Assembly (NCBI GenBank): GCA_900539345.1 | Contig: UQBS01000002.1 | Span: forward strand, 15,723 to 79,722 | DNA from: an uncultured Coriobacteriaceae bacterium | GTDB taxonomy: Bacteria > Actinomycetota > Coriobacteriia > Coriobacteriales > UMGS124 | Direction: 5' to 3' | DNA: 64,000 bases | Shown here: positions 45,175-52,840 of the stretch, piece by piece | Numbering within the stretch: the stretch's first letter is position 1 | Layout: every line of letters starts with the position of its first letter | The notes under the pieces: model-generated | What the model saw: only the letters and a program-made list of their open reading frames with translations | What the model was told of the DNA's origin: nothing | Databases searched by the model: none | Translations under genes and position numbers: made by a program

Positions 45175-46266
45175 ATGGGTAGGTCGGCAGGCGGCGGGGG
45201 AGGCGGCGGTTTTTCTGGTGGCGGCTTCTCCAGCGGAGGATTCTCCGGGGGCGGTTTGTCCTCGGGTGGCTTTTCGGGCGGACATCACAGCGGCGGCAGG
45301 AGCTCGTCTCCGAGCGGCGGTTCCTCCTTTGGTGGGGGCCCGCACCATAGCTTCGGACCTTCGTTTTTCCCCTCCTTTGTGGTCGTGAACAACAACTCGC
45401 ACAACAGGGGCACCGGCTCCGGTGGCTCCGGCGGGTCGGGCGGCGGCTCGGACAATTCGGGATGCGGTGGCATCGGCTGCGGCATCATCATCGCGCTTTT
45501 TGCCCTCATCCTGCTCGTTTCCGTGTTCTCCGCCTGCATGGACAGCTATGACACGGGTGACAGCTACTCCTCGAGCGTGGCGGCTTCCACGGTGGAACGC
45601 GAGGCCCTGCCTGCCTCTGCCGTCAATGAGACCGCGTACTACACCGACGCCGACGGCGACTGGATCCACAACGCCTCGCAGCTGGAGAGCGGTCTGCGCC
45701 ACTTCTACAAGAAGACCGGCGTGCAGCCCTACGTCTACATCCTGCCCAACGGCACCACGACGTCCACTTCGGACCTGCAGTCGCGCGCCGAGAAGCTCTA
45801 CGGCGAGCTGTTCACCGACGACGCGCACTTCATCCTCGTCTTCTGCGACGACGGCGAGGGCGGCTACAACTGCGGCTATGCCGTGGGCTCGCAGGCAAAG
45901 ACCATCATGGACAGCGAGGCCATCTCCATCCTGGCCGACTACCTCGACCGCTACTACAGCGACTTCTCGCTTTCCGAGGAGGAGATCTTCTCCAAGGCCT
46001 TCTCGGATGCGGCCGACCGCATCATGACGGTCACCGGCTCCACCGCGCGCACCACCACCAAGGTGCTCGGCGGCGTGGCTGTGGTGGCGCTCATCGCGGG
46101 CACCGTCATCATCGTGGTGAAGAAGCGCGACGAGCAGAAGAAGGCCGAGGCCAAGCGCACGCAGGACATCCTCAACACCCCGCTCGAGAAGTTCGGTTCC
46201 GACGAGGTGGAGGAGCTTGCCAAGAAGTATCAGACCGACGAGGAGAAATCGTCGAAGTCCTCATAG
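45175..46266 (+). CDS. membrane protein with Gly-rich N-terminus and TPM-like extracytoplasmic domain
   Basis: (GGFSGG)n N-terminus, a TM, a domain resembling TPM/phosphatase-like repeats (L...L..FYKKTGVQPYVYIL...AEKLY..LF.D..HFILVF), a second TM, and a charged tail. AAGGAG is 6 nt before the ATG at 45175. Confidence 0.55.
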   Translation: MGRSAGGGGGGGFSGGGFSSGGFSGGGLSSGGFSGGHHSGGRSSSPSGGSSFGGGPHHSFGPSFFPSFVVVNNNSHNRGTGSGGSGGSGGGSDNSGCGGIGCGIIIALFALILLVSVFSACMDSYDTGDSYSSSVAASTVEREALPASAVNETAYYTDADGDWIHNASQLESGLRHFYKKTGVQPYVYILPNGTTTSTSDLQSRAEKLYGELFTDDAHFILVFCDDGEGGYNCGYAVGSQAKTIMDSEAISILADYLDRYYSDFSLSEEEIFSKAFSDAADRIMTVTGSTARTTTKVLGGVAVVALIAGTVIIVVKKRDEQKKAEAKRTQDILNTPLEKFGSDEVEELAKKYQTDEEKSSKSS

Positions 46267-46337
46267 GTGGTCATTAAGCTGGGTAAACTAGAGGGTGCCC
46301 CCGCGCAAAGGCGCGGGCAACGTGCCTTCTTTCAAAG

Positions 46338-47033
46338 ATGGGAGCAACAATGGGCATTCTCGACCGTTTCACCGACATCATCAAGGCCAACATCAACGAC
46401 CTTCTCGATAAGGCCGAGGATCCGGCAAAGATGATCGATCAGTACATGCGCGAGCTCACCGACAACCTTGCCGACGTCAAGAAGGAAACCGCCGCCGTCA
46501 TGGCTGAAGAGGCTCGCGTCGCTCGCGAGGTCAAGGCCAACGAGGTCGAGGTCGCCAAGTACGACGACCTGGCCCGCCGCGCCCTGGCCGCCGGCAACGA
46601 GGGCGACGCCCGCGTGTTCCTCGCCAAGAAGCAGGAAGTCGCGAGCAAGGGCGAGTCTCTGAAGGTCACCTACGAAGCCGCTCAGGCAAACGCCCAGAAG
46701 ATGCGTCAGATGCACGACAAGCTCGTCGACGACATCAGCACGCTCAACAGCCGTCGCGAGGCCATCAAGGCAAAGTCTGCCGTTGCCAAGACGCAGGCCA
46801 AGGTCAACCAGTTCTCCAGCGCTTCCGACAAGGCCGAGGGCGCCATGGCTGCCTTTGCCCGCATGGAGGCCAAGGCCGACCAGATGCTCGACCAAGCCAA
46901 CGCCGAGGCCGAGCTCAACGCCGCCGGCACCACCGATCGCGCCGCCGACCTCGCCGCCCAGTACGCCGCCACCGGCAACTCTGCAGCAGTGGACGACGAG
47001 CTTGAGAGGTTGAAGAAGGACATGGGACTCTAG
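46338..47033 (+). CDS. pspA: PspA/IM30 family protein
   Basis: MGILDRFTDIIKANINDLLDKAEDPAKMIDQYMRE... is a canonical PspA/IM30 N-terminus and coiled coil. Confidence 0.9.
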   Translation: MGATMGILDRFTDIIKANINDLLDKAEDPAKMIDQYMRELTDNLADVKKETAAVMAEEARVAREVKANEVEVAKYDDLARRALAAGNEGDARVFLAKKQEVASKGESLKVTYEAAQANAQKMRQMHDKLVDDISTLNSRREAIKAKSAVAKTQAKVNQFSSASDKAEGAMAAFARMEAKADQMLDQANAEAELNAAGTTDRAADLAAQYAATGNSAAVDDELERLKKDMGL

Positions 47034-47054
47034 TCGTCCCAGTGGCTCCCGGAG

Positions 47055-47158
47055 GGTTCCAGACTCCCCTCCGGGCTCAGACAGTCCTCGCTAAGAAAAA
47101 GGGCCCGCAAGGGCCCTTTTTCTTGCTGCGGAACTCGCGCGGAGAGGAGTCTGGAACC
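47055..47158. repeat. family C long palindromic element, copy 1 (contains the pspA terminator hairpin)
   Basis: Outer arms GGTTCCAGACTCCCCTCCG / CGGAGAGGAGTCTGGAACC. Core is AAGAAAAAGGGCCC-GCAA-GGGCCCTTTTTCTT. Confidence 0.8.
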
Positions 47159-47322
47159 CCTTGCGCGACTGTGACGTTCTCGCTGGCGCGCTTTTTGGGG
47201 AGGTTTGTTTGGCCCCAGAGTGGATGAAGCGGTGGTTGTCTTCTGCTCTGGCCCAGTCGATTGCCTTCCTGCGCGATAGCCCGCTCTTAGATGGCTTTTC
47301 GAGGCAACCATAAACTCCCGTG

Positions 47323-47428
47323 GGGTCCCGGGATTCCCTCCGGCGCAGTTCCGCAGCAAGAGAAAGGGTCTGCAAGGGCCCTTTCTCGCAGCGAGGACTG
47401 TTTGAGCACGGAGGGAATCTTGGGACCC
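47323..47428. repeat. family C long palindromic element, copy 2 (core inverted relative to copy 1)
   Basis: Outer arms GGGTCCCGGGATTCCCTCCG / CGGAGGGAATCTTGGGACCC. Core GTTCCGCAGCAAGAGAAAGGG..GCAAGGGCCCTTTCTCGCAGCGAGGACTGT matches the reverse complement of copy 1's core. Confidence 0.8.
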
Positions 47429-47516
47429 GTGTGCGACGGGCTGGTGGATGGTGCCCGCCTGTTTGAGCACGGAGGGAATCCTGGGACCCGTGTGCGACGG
47501 GTTAGTGGATGGTGCC
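47399..47516. repeat. 61-nt tandem duplication spanning the 3' end of trmO
   Basis: 47399-47455 and 47460-47516 differ at three positions. Copy 2 carries the trmO stop (TTA on the plus strand) where copy 1 has CTG. Confidence 0.85.
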
Positions 47517-48275
47517 GGTTTCCCGGAGGCGTTGCATCTCCTCGGGGGTCAGCTCTACCACGCGGGTCACGCTGAGCTGGGCGCCTTCCACTTCGAAGTG
47601 GATGTCGTAGTTCTCAAGCGTCACCCAGAAGTCGCGGCCTTGGGAGGTCACGCGGGCGTGGGCGGGGCGGGGGTCTTGGGCGAGCACTTGGAAGGCGCCT
47701 TCGTGCAGGTGGGCCGGCAGCTGGGCGAGCAGCTCGGGCGCGAAGCCCACCTCGAGCTCGTGCCATTCGTCGGCTTCGACCCAGCCGTGGCCGGCTTCGG
47801 GCTTGGAATCGGAAAAGGGCAGGTAGGGCTTGATGTCGTAGATAGGCGAGCCGTCCATCATGTCGGCGCCGATTACGTGTAGGGCTGGCCCCCGGCTTCC
47901 GTCGGGATATTCCTCGTCGAGCTCCACACGTGCCAGCTTGACGCACGATAAGGCCAGGTCGTTGGGGCGAAAGCTCGAGCGCGTGGCGAATACGCCCATG
48001 CGGCGCGTGCCTCCCAGACGAGGGGGGCGCACGGTGGGGGTCCACTTGCCGCCGCGATGGTTCTGCGAGAAATCCCAGATGAGCCAGATATAGTCGAACG
48101 TCTCAAGGCCGCGCACGGCATCGGCGTCGCGGAACTCCGGCTCGAAGTACACGACGCCCTCCAGCGCGTCGACAAGCCCGGGCTGGCGCGGCACGCCGAA
48201 CTTCACAGGGTAGGGCGTCTTGATATGGGCGACGGGGCGGATGACGTGCGCGCCGTCGAGTGCTTCGTCTTGCAT
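47502..48275 (-). CDS. trmO: tRNA (N6-threonylcarbamoyladenosine37-N6)-methyltransferase TrmO (TsaA/YaeB family)
   Basis: YaeB motifs: [12 protein letters not shown], the [11 protein letters not shown] motif, R.SFRPN. Start trimmed to the ATG at 48275. Confidence 0.85.
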   Translation of the reverse strand: MQDEALDGAHVIRPVAHIKTPYPVKFGVPRQPGLVDALEGVVYFEPEFRDADAVRGLETFDYIWLIWDFSQNHRGGKWTPTVRPPRLGGTRRMGVFATRSSFRPNDLALSCVKLARVELDEEYPDGSRGPALHVIGADMMDGSPIYDIKPYLPFSDSKPEAGHGWVEADEWHELEVGFAPELLAQLPAHLHEGAFQVLAQDPRPAHARVTSQGRDFWVTLENYDIHFEVEGAQLSVTRVVELTPEEMQRLRETGTIH

Positions 48276-48637
48276 GTGGCTCCAAATGTGTGTCGCGGTG
48301 GGTGCGGTGCGGCCATGGCGGCCGGTGGGCAGAATTGGCGTGCATATGCGCCGGCGGAATGTACATCCCGCGTGCTGGTGCATGCGACGAGATGTTGCTT
48401 CGGCGTGCCTCGTGTGCTGGCGCATGTGGCGGGGCGTCATTTCAGCGCGTCTCGTGTGCTGGCGTATGCGTTTCGCCTGGCATTGTAGGGGTTGCGCGTG
48501 TCGTTTGTGCCCTTAGGTGTGCGAATACGGCGCTTACCTGCAAAGAAGATTCTATCTGTAATATATCCTGCATAAAATACGAAACAAATATTCGGTTTAA
48601 GAGTGCGCATCAGCGCCCCGTATGCGAGGAGGCACCC

Positions 48638-50005
48638 GTGCCCGGTATCAGCATCCAGGAAATCGGCGAGACCCTCAACATGGTCGCGTCGCAGAACCTC
48701 GACGTTCGCACCATCACCATGGGCATCAATACCATGAGCTGCGCCGATGAGGACATCGACGTTATGGCTCGCAAGGTCTATGAGCGCCTTACGCACGCCG
48801 CTGAGCGTCTTGTGCCGGTGGCAAACCAGCTCGAGCGCGAGTACGGCATCCCGATCGTTAACAAGCGCATCTCCGTCACCCCCATGGCGCAGCTTGCTGC
48901 GGCCACCCGTGCCAGGAACCTCGCGCCGCTTGCCCAGGCTATGGACCGTGCGGCCGAGGCCGTGGGCGTCGACTTCGTGGGTGGTTTTAGCGCGCTGGTG
49001 CAGAAGGGCATCGGCGACGCCGACATGCGCCTTATCGACTCCATCCCCGAGGCGCTTGCCTCCACCAAACATGTGTGCTCTTCGGTCAATGTGGCGAGCC
49101 TGCGCGCCGGCATCAACATGGACGCCGTGCTCAAGATGGCCCAGACCGTGAAGGACGCCGCCGAGGCTACCGTGGACGACCATTGCTACGGCGCCGCCAA
49201 GATCGTCGTCTTCTCCAACATGGTGGAAGATTCTCCCTTCATGGCCGGTGCGGTGCATGGTTCGGGCGAGGGCGACGTGGTCATCAACGTGGGCGTCTCC
49301 GGCCCCGGCGTCATGGCCGCCGCCCTCAAGCAGCTCCCCAAGACGGCCGACATGCAGACCGTCGCCGAGAAGATCAAGGCCACCTCGTTCAAGATCACGC
49401 GCGTCGGCGAGCTCATGGCCCGCGAGGCTTCCCGCAGGCTCGGTGTGCAGATGGGCATCGTCGACCTCTCACTTGCCCCCACGCCTGCCGTGGGCGACTC
49501 GGTCGCCGACATCCTGGAGATTATCGGCGTGGGTACCTGCGGCGGCCCTGGCACCACGGCCGCGCTTGCCATGCTCAACGACTCGGTGAAGAAGGGCGGC
49601 GTCATGGCCACCTCCTCCATCGGCGGCCTGTCGGGCGCGTTCATTCCCGTTTCCGAAGATGCCGGCATGATTCATGCCGTTGAGTGCGGCGCCCTCAGCC
49701 TTGAGAAGCTCGAGGCCATGACCTGCGTGTGCTCGGTGGGCATCGACATGGTGGCCGTGCCCGGCGACACGAATGTGGAGACCATCGCCGGCCTCATTGC
49801 CGACGAGATGGCCATCGGCGTCATCAACAACAAGACGACCGCCGTGCGCGTCATTCCCGCCGTGGGCAAGAAGGTAGGCGAGACGCTGGAGTTCGGCGGC
49901 CTTTTTGGCAGGGCTCCGGTGCAGGCCATCAACCAGAACGCCGGTTATGTGTTCGCACACCGCGGCGGTCGCATGCCCGCTCCCTTGAACTCGCTCAAGA
50001 ACTAG
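48638..50005 (+). CDS. PFL-like UPF0210 (DUF711) family protein
   Basis: The N-terminus ...[30 protein letters not shown] and overall length match the UPF0210 family. GTG at 48638 follows GAGGAGG. Confidence 0.8.
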   Translation: MPGISIQEIGETLNMVASQNLDVRTITMGINTMSCADEDIDVMARKVYERLTHAAERLVPVANQLEREYGIPIVNKRISVTPMAQLAAATRARNLAPLAQAMDRAAEAVGVDFVGGFSALVQKGIGDADMRLIDSIPEALASTKHVCSSVNVASLRAGINMDAVLKMAQTVKDAAEATVDDHCYGAAKIVVFSNMVEDSPFMAGAVHGSGEGDVVINVGVSGPGVMAAALKQLPKTADMQTVAEKIKATSFKITRVGELMAREASRRLGVQMGIVDLSLAPTPAVGDSVADILEIIGVGTCGGPGTTAALAMLNDSVKKGGVMATSSIGGLSGAFIPVSEDAGMIHAVECGALSLEKLEAMTCVCSVGIDMVAVPGDTNVETIAGLIADEMAIGVINNKTTAVRVIPAVGKKVGETLEFGGLFGRAPVQAINQNAGYVFAHRGGRMPAPLNSLKN

Positions 50006-50020
50006 GCACACACCGCAGAC

Positions 50021-51649
50021 ATGGCAGATATTAGAGTTCGCGGCATAGGCAGACGCAAGCTTAAGCCCAAGACGCTGCTCGGCGTGCTCATCTTGGCGAC
50101 GCTTGTGCTGTTTGCCTGGGTGCGCCGGGACGACATCACGCTTGTGCTTGACGCCCTCTTGCAGGGGGCGCGGGCCGCGCTCGTCGTGGGCGCCCTCTTT
50201 GAGCTGGGGCGCGTGTGCTTCCATGCGCTTGCCTATACCCGCTCGTTCAAGGTGATCGGCGCCGACGTGCCTCTTTCGCAGACGGTGCCCGCCTGGTTCA
50301 AGGCCGTCTTCATGAACACGGTGGTGCCCTCGGGCGGTGCGAGCGGCCTTGCGTGCATCATCGACGTCGCCCGCAAGCGAGGTGTGGCGGTGGGCTCGGC
50401 CACCACGGCAACCCTGTTCACGCAAACGTGCTTCTACCTGGCAATGTTTCTTGCCATCTTGCTGGGCTTTTGGATTATGGGCAAGGCCGGTACGCTCACA
50501 GGGCGCGATGTGGCGGTGGGCTCGATTGTGGGCTGCGCCGCCCTGGCGTTCGTGGCGCTGCTCGTGTTGGGCCACCTCGCCCCCGGCAAGCTCCAGCGTG
50601 CGCTGCGTGCCGTGGAGCGACTCGGCGTGCGCATCTGCCGGGCGATTCCCTTCATCAAGAAGGAGCCGGCTCCCTGGGCCGATAACCTCGTACGTTCGTT
50701 CAGCGCTGCGGCGACGTCGCTTGTGCGCAACCCCAAACGGTCGTTCACCGTGTATCTTTCCATGGTGGTCGCCATGGCGTTCGACGCGCTGTCGTTCATC
50801 GCGTGCGGTTATGCGTTCGACGTCGTCGCGCTCGATGCGCTCTTCGGGGCCTATGTCACGGCGCTGGTGTTCAACAGCTTCAACGTGACGCCGGGCGGCG
50901 CCGGTGTGGTTGAGGGCCTTGCGGCCGCGGTGCTGGCAGGCTACGGCTACCCGCTTTCGCAGGCGCTTTCCGTGGTGCTGTGCTATCGCGCGTTCATGTA
51001 TTGGATCCCGCTGCTGGTAGGCGGTGTCATGATGCGTGCTTCGCGCGGTTTCAAGGGCGAGCGGACAAGCGAGGGCGGCGCCTCTGCGGACCAGGTCTCG
51101 GACCTCGACGGCGCCTATGCGTGCGCCGCGGCGGGTGTCAATCCGGCGGCCGATTTCGACGGGCATAATGCCGAGGAGGGCAAGCTTGGCCTGCTCACAC
51201 GCTTCCGTCGCTTTGCGCACACCGAACCTGGTGCGAGCCGCCTCATCTGCTCGACGCTCATGGTGGCGGCTGCCGTCACGGCTATTGCCAGCAGCTTTAT
51301 GCCCGCCGACCCGGTCCTTGCGCAGGTCGTTTCGAACCTGGTGCTTGGTTGGGAGCCCATGGACGCTCGTTGGATGGTGGTTGCTGCCGCAATCGTGCTC
51401 CTGTGCCTGCCAGGCATCTTCCTGCGCGACGCGGCCAACTGGCTCGTGAGCATCGCGGCACTCGTGGGGCTGGGCTTTACCTGCGCCCTTGCGGCTCACG
51501 GCGCTTCCACGGTGGTGCTGTGCCTGGCGAGCCTGGCTGCGCTTGTCATCTGCAACCAGTCCTTCGCGCACCATCCCTACCAACTCTTCTTCCTGCGCCT
51601 GGGCGACAGGTTGGGCCTGCGGGGCCGGCGCGGCAAGGCAGGGGAATAG
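50021..51649 (+). CDS. lysylphosphatidylglycerol-synthase-TM-region / flippase-like (UPF0104) membrane protein with extra C-terminal TM segments
   Basis: Multi-TM protein with an N-terminal basic stretch and a pattern similar to the MprF flippase-domain family (F......PGGAG..E). Confidence 0.6.
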   Translation: MADIRVRGIGRRKLKPKTLLGVLILATLVLFAWVRRDDITLVLDALLQGARAALVVGALFELGRVCFHALAYTRSFKVIGADVPLSQTVPAWFKAVFMNTVVPSGGASGLACIIDVARKRGVAVGSATTATLFTQTCFYLAMFLAILLGFWIMGKAGTLTGRDVAVGSIVGCAALAFVALLVLGHLAPGKLQRALRAVERLGVRICRAIPFIKKEPAPWADNLVRSFSAAATSLVRNPKRSFTVYLSMVVAMAFDALSFIACGYAFDVVALDALFGAYVTALVFNSFNVTPGGAGVVEGLAAAVLAGYGYPLSQALSVVLCYRAFMYWIPLLVGGVMMRASRGFKGERTSEGGASADQVSDLDGAYACAAAGVNPAADFDGHNAEEGKLGLLTRFRRFAHTEPGASRLICSTLMVAAAVTAIASSFMPADPVLAQVVSNLVLGWEPMDARWMVVAAAIVLLCLPGIFLRDAANWLVSIAALVGLGFTCALAAHGASTVVLCLASLAALVICNQSFAHHPYQLFFLRLGDRLGLRGRRGKAGE

Positions 51650-51888
51650 CGGGTACGGGCATCTGGTATTTCGACAAGCTGATGTAATCAGAACGCGGCC
51701 GCCTGTTTTCATTTCGGGACGGCCGCGAAGCTGGTGGCGAACAATGGAAGATGTATATGTCTACCGCGACAATAGGATGAGGGGCAGCGCTTCCTTACGA
51801 ATGATTGCACGATAATGGACGTATCGTGTGCATGTTGGTGCGGGAAGTCACATCGTTTCTTGTTAGTGTATAGTTTCTTTCCCGTTGC

Positions 51889-51964
51889 GGGCGATTGGCG
51901 CAGCGGCTAGCGCAGGTGCCTTACACGCACAAGGTCGGGGGTTCGAATCCCTCATCGCCCACCA
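51889..51964 (+). tRNA. tRNA-Val (anticodon UAC)
   Basis: 76 nt: GGGCGAT...GGTGCCTTACACGCAC...GGGGGTTCGAATCCCTCATCGCCCACCA. Confidence 0.9.
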
Positions 51965-51974
51965 TAAAACCCAC

Positions 51975-52050
51975 GGGGGTGTAGCTCAGTTGGGAGAGCA
52001 CTTGACTGGCAGTCAAGGGGTCAGGGGTTCGAATCCCCTCATCTCCACCA
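51975..52050 (+). tRNA. tRNA-Ala (anticodon GGC)
   Basis: 76 nt: GGGGGTGTAGCTCAGTTGGGAGAGCA... with the G3:U70 identity pair and anticodon loop CTGGCAG. Confidence 0.9.
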
Positions 52051-52062
52051 CGTGAATCCTGA

Positions 52063-52094
52063 AGCCCGAGGCCATGCGGTCTCGGGCTTTTTTT
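52063..52094 (+). terminator. intrinsic terminator after the tRNA pair
   Basis: AGCCCGAG/CTCGGGCT stem followed by T7. Confidence 0.8.
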
Positions 52095-52212
52095 GTTTAC
52101 GCTACAAGGCAAGCAAGATGCCATCCGTGGTATCCTGCCATCTCACAGGGGGAACTATTCGCCGCGGTGCCCCTGTGGCGCCGCTTTCGCTTTCAAGGAG
52201 AGTGGCTAGAAC

Positions 52213-52632
52213 ATGCATGAGATGGCTCTTGTCCGCAACGTGGTGGACATTGTGGTTGAGCAGGCTGAGAAGTCCGGTGCTGCCGAGGTGAAGACCGTCT
52301 ACCTCACCATCGGTCAGGGTCGCGACGTCGTCGTTGAGTATCTCGACGGTCTGTTCCAGTTCCTGGCGCGTGGCACGGTGGCCGAGCACGCCGAACTTGT
52401 GGTGCAGACCACGCCCATGACGGTGAAGTGCAACCAGTGCGGCTTCATCTTCCCCATCAACGTCTTCAAGCAGGAGACTTGGATGTGCCCCTCCTGCAAG
52501 GCTGAGAAGGACTACAAGCTCAATTCGGGCATGGAGTTCATGATCAACCGCATCGAGGTTGTGGGCCACAAGCCGGCCGAGGATGCCGCGCAGCAAGAAG
52601 CCGCTTCCGAGCAGGAAACTGCTGCTGAGTAA
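52213..52632 (+). CDS. hypA: hydrogenase nickel incorporation protein HypA (with acidic C-terminal extension)
   Basis: N-terminal MHE nickel site and a zinc site CNQCG...CPSC. Confidence 0.85.
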   Translation: MHEMALVRNVVDIVVEQAEKSGAAEVKTVYLTIGQGRDVVVEYLDGLFQFLARGTVAEHAELVVQTTPMTVKCNQCGFIFPINVFKQETWMCPSCKAEKDYKLNSGMEFMINRIEVVGHKPAEDAAQQEAASEQETAAE

Positions 52633-52766
52633 GGATGTCACGACCTGCGTGAATGTCGCGGTTGCACGGGAGATATAGCCCGGTGCGAGCGGTCGCGGTT
52701 GAGTGGGCATGTGCGCATGGCGCTGTAAGTGCTTACGGGTGCCCACCGACAAGACACTGATTAGGC

Positions 52767-52805
52767 AAAAGCCCGTCTGTCTCGCGCGAGACAGACGGGC
52801 TTTTT
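52767..52805. terminator. bidirectional intrinsic terminator between hypA and addA
   Basis: A4, 14-bp stem GCCCGTCTGTCTCG/CGAGACAGACGGGC, T5. Confidence 0.85.
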
Positions 52806-52840
52806 GGTGCTTGAGGCAGGATGGCTGGTGTCGCCTCGCG

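Noticed and set aside
45180-45300. Glycine-rich GGFSGG repeats as a DNA-level repeat element
   Set aside because: They lie inside a coding sequence with a good RBS. This is a low-complexity protein region, not an independent element.
47030-47470. 146-aa minus-strand ORF and other small ORFs between pspA and trmO
   Set aside because: They are built from family C palindromic repeats and a terminator. No RBS or start context.
49469-51712. 747-aa minus-strand ORF
   Set aside because: It is antisense to the UPF0210 and UPF0104-like genes, with an Arg/His/Ala-rich translation.
51889-52050. tRNA pair as an integration hotspot / genomic island boundary
   Set aside because: No integrase, direct repeat of a tRNA 3' end, or compositionally atypical block was seen flanking the tRNAs.
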